DNA of 59,097 nucleotides from Phoronis australis (taxonomy: Eukaryota > Animalia > Phoronida), in NCBI GenBank assembly GCA_002633005.1, contig NMRA01000082.1, positions 163,866 through 222,962 on the forward strand, given 5' to 3'. Both the position numbers and the translations under genes were made by a program. Of this stretch, positions 1 through 32,737 are shown piece by piece. Position 1 is the stretch's first letter. Every line of letters begins with the position of its first letter. The notes under the pieces are model-generated. The model did not search any database. It saw only the letters and a list, made by a program, of their open reading frames with translations, and had not been told where the DNA came from.

Positions 1-99
1 TATTCAGGGAATGGGCCATTCACAAGACAGGGTTTTGTATTAACATATTTATTTAAATTTTTTACAGTTTCACAGAATCCGTCAACGAATGCATTCGAC

Positions 100-3000
100 C
101 TAGTTGTCCCTCTGTTGCATCCGCTGTCTCTTCAATTTCTTCTGTGAAACTTTCTTTTTCGGCACCTCGTCTTCCGGCTTGGCGATAGCCACCTCCTTCT
201 CAGCCAGGATCACCTCAATGTGACAGGGACTACTCATGTAAGCTGCAACAGACACAGACACCATCAATGAAACATGCAGAGCTTCACATCATAATGACGA
301 AATCGAATATGAAAATAAAATCAACGGTGAAAATAAAATCAACGGTGAAAATAAAATCAACGGTGAAAAGTCGCAATGCAATTTGATTCTCAGTACACTC
401 GTCGTTCAGACTGGCTTGGATTTTTTTATTCAAGTCAGTCATCCACACAGGGAAAATTCCCAGGTTGGCAATTTCCTCTAAATGAGGGAGTTCCAGTTTA
501 AAAAAAGTTCCAAAAATTTATGTTAGGGGACAGTTTTCAAAATTTAAAAGCGTCCCCAGTTCCTCTTGTTATTCCAATTAGTTTGCTTGTGCCTAATTGG
601 AATAACAAGAGGAACAAAAGCCAGTGGCATTTTCATTTGTCAAGATAAGGTATGGACGGATACATTAAGTTAAGAGTCAAAGACAAATGACTATCCAGTA
701 ACTTGACACACACAACTGTACTGAGTTCCCATTTCCAGGCCTGGGCTTGAAAACTCGACCTTGTTAACGACAAGACTTGAAACTCTCGCATTCAAAAGGG
801 AGTGAATGTGTAGAGCTCGCCCATGGTTTCCAGCGTTAAACACAGATGAGTCTACCTAAACTTTGGAGCCAAAAAGTGAACGTAGGTAGAGGTAGCCTAA
901 TTAGTGTTTCACATTGGAATCAACGGGGGTCTTCCACACGCTCCCTCCATTCACACTCCAGTCAGGCTAGTAACAGTCCTACAGTTCTGTGCTCATAGGC
1001 TTTGCCAAGGCACGTTTCTACTTCCTGGATGTGGCACATGACAGTTTCAAACACCGACAAGGCTGCCGTGCAAAAATTCCAATTTTTTTCCCTAATACCC
1101 AGCCTGTGGATGCTTAAGAGTATTGTGCCACCACCAACAATGTCCGGCAGCTCGACAATGCGCCACCTGGGCATAGAGACACTTACGGTTGATGCGGCCG
1201 TGCGCTCTGTATGTCCTCCTGCGCATCTTGGGTGCTCGGTTGACCATGATGTGTTCAATGACCAGGTGGTCTGTGTCCAGCCCCTGCAAACAGTAATGAT
1301 AATAACATTAACAACACCAATAATCATAATAATAATAGTAGTAGTAGTAGTAGTAATTGTATGTAGTAATTCCAATAACGGCATGCAGAATATAAGGTTA
1401 AGATTTAACTGAAAATCTGATCAATCACTGAAAGGGGCCAGAGTTGTATATACTGTGGCCAATCGGTTGTATGTCTGTATACACTGTGGCCAATCAGCTG
1501 TGTGTGAATATAAAGTGGCCAGTCAGCTGTGAGTCTATATACACTGTGGCCAATCAGCTGTAAGTGTGTATATATAGTGGCCAATCTTTAATTAAGATTT
1601 ATAGATATCTAGCTCAAGTGCTGTTTTATGACTTCCAAGTGTTCCATTTTCAGGCCAATAATTCCAGTGTGAATTGAAGCAAAGATTCGTAGGGTTTGGC
1701 GGAGTTCTGCCTAACTTTGTCCCTGATCGAGTCTATTTAAAAGAACTAAATCTGATCCTGACAACAGTGATTGCAATATCCACCACTTTTTCATCCAACT
1801 CATTTTGAGCTTGGAGGAGGTAACTAGGCAATTTAGTGGCTTAGAATTTGCAGAAGGTTGTAAATCATGATTACCGGTCATACACAATAGGCCTTTTGAA
1901 ATTGACATGTAAGGTCAGTGAAAGTAGTTCTGTGTGAACTCTTAGTCGTAAAACTGTCCCACTTGGACTGTGTAAGTTGACACAGGTTAAGAAAAGATTT
2001 ATGGTATGGGCTGGGAAGATTGTTTTATTAACCCCTATGGATTCTGAAAGGGCCGAGCCAGGAATACCCAGGGAGTGTCTTAACTTCTCACTCACACACT
2101 GTCTTCCCAAATAGAGACCATACCTTGTACTCGGCATTACTCTCTGCGTTCTTCAGTAATTGCAGCAGGAACTCGGCGCTCTTTTTGGGCCATCGACCTT
2201 GTGTAGTACCAAACTGTTTGGCCTAGTTGAATACAGAGCATAGACTGTTGACTTAAACAGGCATGAGCAAACGAGTTAAAAGCATATCTTCTTATGATAA
2301 AAATAAAGCGCTAACTGTTGCTACAAACTAATTTTGGTAAATTCGCTTACAACATAAAACTGTAAAGTTAAGTAACATCAGAAACTAAAACAGAAATTTC
2401 GCAACTGAACAGATATGTTGACAGAGAAACAAAAACTTTGAACACGTGATACGTACGCGTTTCTAAACACACATTGTCATCAACAGGTCTACAGTCAAAC
2501 CACCTTAGAACAAATATTTCTAAAATGTTTTTTTGTCTAACTTAAGTTCTTACCATAACCAAATCAAACGTTTATAAACCTAGTTTGCCGAAAAGTAATT
2601 AGACGGTATGAGAATTGTACTACTGTTCGAATTCTTAGCCAAAAATCACGATGTCATTTAATCTACAAACGTCGTTACTAAGCCCTCCCCTTACCTGTGC
2701 CTTTCGGCCAACGTCGCCATTAAAACGTCTGAAGGGCACAATCTCTTTCTTGTCGACCACGTTCTTCAGGTACTTTTGTGCCCGGCGCAAATGCATGCGT
2801 TTGATAGCCTGGGCAGCCTCACGTGTGTTCTTGAAGTGGACACGCAGGTGGGAGCCTCGGGCCTTGGCCGCTGAGGACAAACAGACAGACACAGGTTAGG
2901 AAAAGGGAACACAAATGAACAGTCCTTGAACTGGTACCTCAGTGTTCTCCACAGCGTTTTGACCAGACATAGTAATGAGTTTGAATTAATCCTCGTCAAG

Positions 3001-4413
3001 TTTGGTTACCTATCCCCAGGTTTGAATTCTACTACTATGACTTCAAAATTTAAAGCAAAGCCAGATTTATCTGCATATCAATGCCAACTAAGCCTAACTG
3101 AACCAGAATCTCCTTGATAGATAAACATCGAGCAGTTAACACTACATAAAATACTCTTTGAGACAAATAACTGGAGTTCACTATTGCTTAGAAAATCTGA
3201 AGAAATTCTCTTCATAACAAAACTTCATGAAAGCAACCAGTTAGTTTTAGTGATTAACTACTCAATTTTGTCAATGCAGCCTTACAATGTTGTATCTAAA
3301 CACCTAACGCAACACTTTGATTATGCGTAAAGATTATTTTGATTTTGAGTGATATCTGGTTCTAAAATGGCAAATTGTTCAATTGGACAACAGGTGTCAC
3401 TGAAAAGAAGGTCAATAACAAGGTTGAGTACAGTAACACTAAGACCTCACTAAAAAGCAAGCCCGGGATAACTTGAGATAATTTTGTGTATTTTAAATGA
3501 GAACGTGTGATTTTGGCAAGATTTTAGCGAGGTCCTGGTATTACTGAACTCCACCCAGTTTAGTGTAGACACCTAAAACACAGAACATAGATAACTATAT
3601 CCAATGAGGGGAGTATGGCATCAACAACATTTACTAGTACAATAGAACTGAAATGTTACGACTAGCGTGTAATTTCTATTGTGGAGAACAACGCCTTGTC
3701 ATTCATAAGAGCGAGAAACATGGATGGACTGGTTGAACAACTGTCAAAGGAACGTCACACATTAACACTTTTTGAGCCGAGTCGGACCAGCACAGACAGA
3801 TATGCTGCTTCATGATTGGTGCTTTATCAGTTCCTTTTGGTCGTAAAAACCAATTGTGGTCATGGCAAGGAAAATGTTGCGACCAATTTCTCTCAACATG
3901 ACTCAGATTCCATTAAAATAATGTATGACGCACTAAACTGGTTGTAAGCAATGAGACAGTTGAACAAGAACTGTACCCAGTGCAGCATAGTGTGTAGATA
4001 TGGTGCACCCACAGCAACACTGGGGTACTTATGGGAAAAGGCTACTGTGTGTGAGTATTGCCACAATGTGCTGACACACGACGTTTCTTGTGCCTTATGG
4101 CCAACACAGGTCCAAACTGATGCAAGTCGAACTGACCAACTGAAGTGATTAGGCAGACAGGCTCAAGCGTTGGTTTCCTGAGGTGACAACTCACATCAAA
4201 GCGATGACAACTGAATGATCTAACGACTGGTTCATTCAATTGTTGTCATCTTCTCATGACTTGACGTAATCAGTCAGTTCAACTACTGACAATTGAAACA
4301 GCTAGGAGATATCCGCCTGCACTGGCCCTTAGTTGCAAACATAAGCACAACATCTAAACACTACATTACTTACACTTGGTGGCATTTTCAGGATCTGATG
4401 AATAGCGGGTCAT
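100..4413 (-). CDS. RPL17: 60S ribosomal protein L17 (uL22), 5 coding exons, 184 aa
   Basis: Exons 4413-4374 ([13 protein letters not shown]), 2870-2695 ([24 protein letters not shown]...GRKAQ), 2222-2124 ([33 protein letters not shown]), 1283-1187 ([32 protein letters not shown]), 242-100 ([17 protein letters not shown]...QRDN*). All GT-AG with compatible phases; AATAAA on minus strand at 53-48. Confidence 0.98.
310..369. repeat. 18-bp tandem repeat x3.3
   Basis: TGAAAATAAAATCAACGG. Confidence 0.9.
1294..1380. repeat. Compound trinucleotide microsatellite (AAT/GTA)
   Basis: Direct reading. Confidence 0.85.
1447..1586. repeat. ~33-bp degenerate minisatellite, ~4-5 copies
   Basis: Recurrent TATACACTGTGGCCAATCAGCTG. 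Confidence 0.8.
1885..2065 (-). other. Conserved ~180-nt intronic element, copy 1 (candidate structured ncRNA or old interspersed repeat)
   Basis: Blockwise match to 34317-34493, with shared hairpins. Confidence 0.55.
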
Positions 4414-5200
4414 GCTGGATTATCTACAGAATGCAAATGATTTTAAATAAATAACAAAAGGCAACACTGGTTGGTACACTGAACAGTCGACTCTCCTCTT
4501 TCAAGGAAGTTGAAATGCATTTCAAGATAAATGGCAGGCTATCGTCTCCGAGACAAACAAGAAACAACAGATTATAAATATCTTTACCGATTTTTAGTGT
4601 TTCACCAGTTTCAACATGGTTTAATTTTATTCCATCTTGACACGTCACTTAAAGGAAAAGGTGATATATCCAATATACCGCACTACCATTGTCTTGGTCC
4701 ATTTTTGAACACCAATGTAACTAGATTTCAACGACAAATTTCAAATAAATCTGCACTAAATAGTAATTTGCCATGAAATGTACAACTTAAGAATAAGTAC
4801 ACACAACCTGAACTGATGCGTCGCAGTAACACATTTGGAGTTCGCTACGCAGAGTTTGGTAGCATATCGATTCCAATGCTACACACAGAGCCCCCACAGT
4901 ACGGACATAAGACTTTCCAAATAGTTCAGCTATTAAAAGACATACGTCATGCTCCGTACCTTTTAATACATATTATACCAGTTCATAGTCTTTTTACTGT
5001 ATTACTTATATTTATTCTAGATAGCAACACAACTGATGATTTTTGGGTTGAAAATTTCTGAAACTCTTCCTTTGCATGATAATATTACTATTCACTTACT
5101 AAGGTCCTGCATTTTGAGAGTCAGTTTTCCAGTTTCAATAACAGCCATTAAACTGGTTCTCAAAATATGTGACCCATGTAAGTTTAATTTCCTTCCAGTG

Positions 5201-5456
5201 TCATGCGCACACCCAGGGGGGCTCGAGGGGCTCAAATGAGCCCCCCCCCCATTTGGCGAAGTCAGCAAAAAGGTCCGCCCCTGAGACACAAAAACTCCGA
5301 GAAAATGGGACAAAAGTCCAGTAAATAATAGCAAACGCGCAGTTCACAATGGTGCTCCCGTTTTTATTTTTTTTAGTCCGCCCGCTTTTTTGTTAGCAAA
5401 AGGTCCATGTCAGGAATTCGAGCCCCTCCCATATTGAAGGCTGAGTGCGCGCATGA
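5201..5456. mobile_element. MITE with imperfect TIRs in RPL17 intron 1
   Basis: TCATGCGCACACCCAG ... CTGAGTGCGCGCATGA, with GGGGGGCTC/GAGCCCC subterminal motifs. Confidence 0.55.
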
Positions 5457-6207
5457 GTGTACATCGGCCAATGCCAAGGCAATGGCATGACAACCAGGCA
5501 TAGGACAGAGCCACATCCCGCTTTTGCCTTTGGCTTTAGACACATTTCATATGGCACAGGCACTAGGCCTACACAGAGAACCACAAGTCACAACCTATGC
5601 CTGGCGAATCTACACATAGTGCACTTAAATAAAGGCCTCGCTTTATCACTCATGTAGGTCACGGCAACGAGCATAGCACTGCCACTGGTCCGACATAGCA
5701 GTATCTGATTTTGAGAACCAGCACCCGACAATCATTGAATAACAGACCAGTTATTCAGTGGATGAAATTGGTTCTCAAAATCAGGGACTGTAATATCTAA
5801 CTAGTGCCATGGCAAATATTCTTTACCTGGTTTATAGATAACACAACTGGCATTTGAGACAGAGACATCAGTACCCCCATTCGAAACTAGGAAAAAAGTA
5901 ATTTTTCACTATCGTCTAAAACCAGTGGCTGCACAGCTTTTGGAGTTTTTCCGATCCAAAGGTGTAATAGGTACACTTAAATAACTATCCACCGTACGAA
6001 CTTGTGAATGGGTTTACAAATACTGGAGATGTGTGTTTCTAAACTTTGTCCAAGCACTTAAATAAATGGACAAATGGCGTTGAACTGCACTCAATCAATT
6101 TTTCAGTCAACAATGAATATCTCCCCGAATAAATAGTCCCCAGATATGGACTCACGACTACAAGATTGGTTGGATTTTATGACAACATTACAAATTTTTT
6201 CACTGAC

Positions 6208-6233
6208 CCTGCTCGCCCGTAAAGAAAAGGAAG
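6208..6233 (-). promoter_or_regulatory. RPL17: RPL17 non-coding exon 1 with TCT initiator / 5'TOP pyrimidine tract
   Basis: Minus strand reads CTTCCTTTTCTTTACGGGCGAGCAGG|GTCAGT: polypyrimidine start typical of ribosomal protein genes, then a donor at 6207; matching acceptor TAG before 4423. Confidence 0.8.
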
Positions 6234-6600
6234 TATCGAGCATTCTGGGTAATTACAGGGACATCCAGCGGTGATTGAAATAAGCCTAAAACTAGGTCAC
6301 AATTTAAAAATTTATTTTCTTTTTATTGCAGATGTTTGTCGAGGTTCGTTGATTTTGGATCCACCAAAAAATACCTTAAAGACTGTGCAAAAATGCGAAA
6401 AGTATATTTTTTGAGAAAAACTAATTTTCCGAAATCAGTGACCCTGGGTTAGTAAGCATTATGGGATGTTTTTGTGTGTGTGTGGGTTGGGAAGTTGATT
6501 TGGAGATGAGTTGTCGGTCTTTGTGAAGGCGTAGCCTAACCGACTTTATCTTGATTCCTGTCTGTGTACATAGCTCTTTTAGATAGTTTAAACAGCCAAG
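6234..6600. promoter_or_regulatory. Bidirectional promoter RPL17 / MAP2K with two ZNF143(Staf)-like sites
   Basis: Under 400 bp between the RPL17 TCT start and the MEK ATG. GCATTCTGGGTAATTACAG (6240-6258) and GCATTATGGGA (6456-6466) resemble the reverse complement of the ACTACAnnTCCCAnAATGC motif. Confidence 0.65.
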
Positions 6601-26876
<20,276 letters not shown>

Positions 26877-29800
26877 TACCAGCTGCGCAGAAATTTACCA
26901 ACGTATAGTTCCTATTCACGCCACAGTGTGTCTCCAGTAGCAAAGTCCTTTGGCCCGCAGTTTGTTTCTGCTTGTGGTCAAAAAAGGACGACTTGTCTCG
27001 CGATTTTTTTGAGTTTCCTACGATGGGCAGATGTTGCTGGGGTTGACGCGGTTCCGTAAGATGTTTGTCAAGGGACGTCAACACTTTACTGTCCACCTGC
27101 GTGCACTCAGTTGGTACGCCTATATACTTGACCATTGGGTACTACTTGACCTCAATGACCATTACCTCTGTAGCTTTTGAATTGCCAAAAGGTAGACATC
27201 GAACAATATTTTTCACATCCTTCCAAAAAACACCAAAAATGTTCGAGAGATATCCCGCTTCTTACTTGCAGTGATCAAATTTTGTGCTTCTTAATTTAAA
27301 TAATTTGAAATGTTTTAGTAATTTGAATATTGTTAGTGAATGTTAGCACATGGACTAACATCGAATTTGGGATGGTTTTCTCAGTTTGTTGTGTTTTCCA
27401 AAATGACTGGTGTTTGCGACAAATGGAAGACATCCACACCAACAGGGCTGGATTGTTTTCAAATGATGTCTCTCACTTTGAGGTGATAATTTCACCTTTT
27501 TTATTACATTAATTCACGCCAGAATAAAGTAGTCGTTTCATTGCATTTTTTTTTTCTTTGTAAGTTGATACATACACATATTCAGCCATGTGAGACTCTT
27601 GTGTGTCTGGTTTTATTACAAAATTGACGGAACCACAGGAGCCAATCCTTGATTGAATATAAGTCACAAATTGCCACAGGGATGTCGGTCTATTTCACAA
27701 TTTGTAAAATGACCAGTTGCTTTGCTGAAATCTGGTTTTCATCATACATTGCTTCTTCATAATAAATGCCAGAGTTTTGTTCACGCACATCCTAGATATT
27801 GTAATTTGTTTCGTTTTCCATACAACTTTGTGGGGTATTTTATCGTTTACTGATAAATAGGAGTTATTTCCCTTGATGAGTTACATATTGGCCAGTCTGA
27901 GGTAGTGTCTATGTTTCCAATGTGAGGGCATGGGAACTATTCTAGTGTTGAGACTCTAAATTCCATTCGTGATTGCCTGACATGTATTGCTTGACCAGTA
28001 GTCGTTCATCCCTAACTTGTACCCGTTACTCCATACATTTGCACTGAGCTTTTAATGCATGTACTCGGGGACCGTGTCTCAACTTAGGCTTCTCTTGGAA
28101 ATACGGTCTGTATTGCTGTTTGGTTTGGCCTTAGAATCGTTCCCATTCCGTGAATGTTTTGTTTTGGAAAGTAGGAATTTGCTGTTCTTTAAGTGACTAA
28201 ATAAAAATTTGTACTTGTTGTTTACTATGGAGGTTAGTTTAGGGCAGTGTGGAAACATCAGTTTGAGTCTTGTTGACTAATTATGAGTATTTAGTAATTG
28301 AAGTTGTTTATTAATCTCATGTATTTATTTTTGCTTTTTGTCTTACCTGAAGCCAAAACACCATTTGACTGACGGACACCTCAGTGGTCGTCTGTAGTGC
28401 ACAGTTTCTGAGAAAATACACAAGTCTACGGCAATCTTTGTAGCCAATTCTTTGTCGATGAAATCTTGGCTCATGTGCTGCAGGTAGAGTGTTTGCGATC
28501 CGTCATAAAACGGTTTGGATAACTTTTAAATATTGCTTTTTGCTCGCGAAATCATGTATTTGAATTGGTGACCACATTTCTTGTCATGTAACTGTTCTAT
28601 TGATCAGACCAAAGGACATCAAGCTAAGCAAGCATTAACACAGGTATTTATATGAACTACCTGACACACATTTATAGTTAACATATATAGTGAAATGTAT
28701 TCTTTGCTGATTTGGCCAATGAGAAAATAACATAATTGGTTCTGGTCTGTTTCTTTTTTTAGAAATTGATCCGTTATGTTTAGTAACCTGTGCCAGCAGA
28801 AGTGGGTCGATATCGTTTTTCTTTTGACACTGAGGCGCAGGTTTGAAAATGAGTCCTGCATAGAACCAAGTATGTTAATTTTGGACTAGTTATAATATAT
28901 GTTTATTGAAACAAATATTAACATAGAGATGGTATGCCCATGCATAATTCGCCCTGGGTTGATTTAAAATGAAATTAATACAATGACATTTAAATAATAC
29001 AATTAAATGACGATTGTGTCAGCTTTGACTGACATATCTTGAAGCAAGTGTTTCGTAACGTAAGCACTGGTAAATATTTTGCGGGTTAGCCAATGTGAAA
29101 AATTGTCAAGGCAGAATTCAAAATGGTTTTTTATGGCATAGCCATTTCTTACAGTTTCAAATTTACAATAAAATTTTGATGGTGTCATGAAATAAAATTG
29201 CTTCTGTGTATAAGTATTCCATTCTGCTGTTGCCATGAAATCTTGAAAACTCAGTATTGAATATTTAATTATTGAATTGTTCAATATGTTATTGTTTTTT
29301 TCAACACTTAAATATGAACTGTTCACACCAAAGCAGTTATAACTTTTAAATATGGTTGAACTCTCGGTGCGGACACTTTAAAGCCTGTTATAGCGTGGTT
29401 GTTACTGTCTGCCAGCAGCTGTACAGGTTATATCTCATTGTTTTGGGGAAAAAATACAATGGCTCTGACCACTGGCGACTAAAACCAGGAACTTAATAGA
29501 TTTTAAGAGGAACAATTCTCAGTGTGTAGCAGTTGAATAAAAGTTATAACTGGGGATTAGTTATAACTGGGGATTAGTTATAACCTCCTTTAGTTGGTGT
29601 GGACACAAAAATAGAGCGCCAACCTGTTGTTTAGAAAAATGGACCACAGTTGTTTGTCAACAGCATATAATAAACATTTGATGTTTTGATAATTTTGTTG
29701 TAGTTCTTTGTGTGTGTTGAAGAGGGTGTAAACAGCCTTTTGTCACAAAAAAATAACTTATGATCTCGACCACTTATTGGTCCCAAATTGTTCCTTAGTC

Positions 29801-30284
29801 AAATTAGAGGTCTTGAAGGAACTAACAGTTCTGCCTGGCACTACAAGTTGGCTCATCGCAGCGTGTTGTTCTTCCCACCGTGGTCTCGAGAAAAACATTC
29901 TGCAATTTGTCAAACCCACAAGCAACTTCTTATCTGAGAGAGGAACATGTTGAGGGCAGTTTTATAGCCATAAGTGGTCTAAATTATATTTTGGCTTCTT
30001 TAACGAATCATTGATTTATAGCTGAGTTAAGGTTAATCTTATGTAGCCCCTATAAAATTGCCTCGTGTCGAATTTATTTTGAAAGCGTTACAATAGGAAA
30101 TTGTTGTAGACTGGGGTGATTTTTAGGTTTGGAAAGTTCCGAGATCATACTGTAAAAGTTGGCAAGTTATAGTGGGTCATTTTATGCACTAAATATAGTC
30201 CACGCTAGCAGCACTGAACTTCAAGTTCTTTCTAGAGATCACTTCTTATCCGAGTTGGGCACCCATTAAGACCAGTTTTATAAA

Positions 30285-30493
30285 CAGGGCTTCCTCTTTT
30301 AAGAAGATTCTTCCTTTTTCTCGATTTTTCATATCTTGATTTCCAGTTTCTTCTTTTTCCGTCCCTTTATCTTTATTTTGACTTTATTCATGCAAAAGGG
30401 TTTAGTTCAGTTAAATTTTACATCACAAAAAATGTTTCTATCACACAACCTGAATTCTTTTCTCCTTTTTGTCATTGGTCATTCCAAGCCCTG
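30285..30493. mobile_element. hAT-like MITE with 6-bp TSD
   Basis: CAGGGCTT...AAGCCCTG termini, TATAAA on both flanks; homologous over its length to 56238-56481 (inverted). Confidence 0.75.
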
Positions 30494-31229
30494 TATAAAG
30501 TCAAATGTTACTTTCTTTGAGAGAGTGCAGGTTTGAAGCACTTAGAAGCTGTTGGACTTTTTCCAATTAGATGGCTAAAATTCAAATAAAACTGATATTT
30601 TGTATTTGATGCATTGAAACGAATCATAATCTTAGATTGGGTTTAACTTACCAAAATTCTCACAGCCGTGTCCTCTTGCAATTATGGTGGAAGCATTTCA
30701 TCAAGGTCCATGGAAAAATCGTACGCACGATTACTACCAAAGCCGCTGCTCCACTGTTGAACTGTAGGTCATAAATTCAGTCGAGTCCAGAATTTTAGGT
30801 GATTTATGCAGTAAAGAGTAGGTTTCACAATTTTTCATTTTATTTAACTTTGACAAATGAATAACACACTTATCAATTTTGACATATTTTAAACTTTGCT
30901 TCTAAAGTTATTTTCAAAAATGAATGCATCTGATTCTCATGGTATTCAGACAAAGGATTTAAACTTATTAATGTTTTTGTCGACGGGGATTAGCACTTCT
31001 TACGACCTGAACTATGAAAACACTTTTTCCGAGCCTCTGTAACCCATTTTCCACCTATCTGCACTATGATTTTTGGGTCTCAGTTTATCATCAATAACAA
31101 GATTTAAAGATGAGACCAGCCATTTTTATGTTAGTTTAATAAAAATACAGACCACTAATTATTTCAAAAGTACATTTTTTTTTAGTAATTGTTATTCCCA
31201 TGTCGTGTATTTGCTATTCATGGAAACTA

Positions 31230-31332
31230 CAAAAACTGACATGCAAAAACTGACATGCAAAAACTGACATGCAAAAACTGACATGCAAAAACTGACATGC
31301 AAAAACTGACATGCAAAAACTGACATACAAAA
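31230..31332. repeat. 14-bp minisatellite x7
   Basis: CAAAAACTGACATG. Confidence 0.92.
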
Positions 31333-31919
31333 GCCGGCAGAGGGCCCACATATTGGCTCTGCATTCACATCCAATGAGGAAACTTGTTTGGCTTACCGGT
31401 AAGCACAGTCTGTGCCAGTCATTTGTGTTTCTTCAATGGAATTGAACACAGAACCAAGACGCTGACCCTTTGCCAAGCCATTTATGTCGCACTCTATTGT
31501 TCCAAGGGTAGAGCATACTCACCAAGGGAGAAGTATTCAACATAGAAAATGCCTATACAAGATAACCAAGGAACTGCATTTTACTCAGGGCTACATTAAA
31601 AGCAGTCACTTTCCCTTTAATTGTTCAACATTTTCACTAATTTTAGATACAAACCAATGAGTGACTCGGTCGAAAATTGTCTAGTTGGTGGTAGTGCGGC
31701 AATAGTGTTACTTAAAAGTATAAATGGAATTCAGGAAGTCAGGTAGCACTTAACCCAGACAATGCCCTGGTGATAAACTGCTGGATCTGTGCTCAGTCTA
31801 TCCAGATGTAGATGTTAAAAGGAGGGGTCTTTCACTGATCCATCCACTCCATATCCATGTACAGTTCAATAACACTATGATCTCATTAGAGAAGCAAGGA
31901 TTCTCAAGACTACGCAACA

Positions 31920-31998
31920 TATTGCCATATATTTTAAATCAGAACACGTGATTTTGGCTAGATTTTTTATCCGCGAGACCTTCACTGAACTTTACCAC
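31920..31998. repeat. Diverged interspersed repeat (also ~3490-3555 and inverted ~47115-47165)
   Basis: Shared TATTTTAAATsAGAAC...GTGATTTTGGCwAGATTTT core. Confidence 0.5.
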
Positions 31999-32737
31999 GA
32001 TCTTTCATTCATCAGGAGCATTAATATTACACAAATCAAAATAAATACAAAATTAAATTAAATTATGTTAAAAGATGGTTAGATACAATAAAAAAATAAT
32101 GTGAATTTACCTAATGAGTCGTATTTGGGCTACAATTGCACCATTCAGAATTTCATTTTTGACAATTAAATTCCTCGCCTCAACAGGTTGCAATAGTTTA
32201 ACCCAGACTCCTTTTAATACAACCCTATTGACAAGACTGTAAGTATAGCCAAGTATACTTAATACATTTTAATTCAATAAAAATACATATCTTCTGAGAG
32301 TGGAAACCCTGAGAATTTGCCATTAATTGGGTGAGGTGAAAAATGTTCAAGATGAAATCTCAAAAAACATCATTGCAGTTTTCTAAATTATCATTTCATG
32401 CAACTTTTAATCTTTAATAAAATCATGTAAAACCTGATTTTTGATAGCCCCTCATTCAAACATTTTAAAAGCATTGTCTCTGAATGTTTCATCTGACAAT
32501 AAGCTCTTTATGAGATATGCCGTTCTAAAATTTTTCAAATATCACATTTTCGAACGGTTCTACATAACCTTACAAGAAATCTAACACAGAACTAGAATCA
32601 GCACACAATCAATGCAACTTTAAAAACCTCACGGTACTCAATGACAAGAAATCACCAAGTAAATGCCTTCTGTTCTCGTCCAAATGTTAAACATCCGTGG
32701 CCTACACCAGACCCACTGACTTCTGATTCCTCATTGT

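Noticed and set aside
962-1412. ORFs 962-1384(-) and 1002-1412(+) with poly-T/I/V runs
   Set aside because: Produced by a trinucleotide microsatellite and overlap with an RPL17 exon in other frames.
5954-5965. ACACCTTTGGAT on the minus strand recalling SNORD58, which vertebrate RPL17 hosts
   Set aside because: No C box (RTGATGA) or terminal CTGA, and the recalled rRNA-guide portion (TTAGGACACC) is not intact; treated as chance or unrecognisably decayed.
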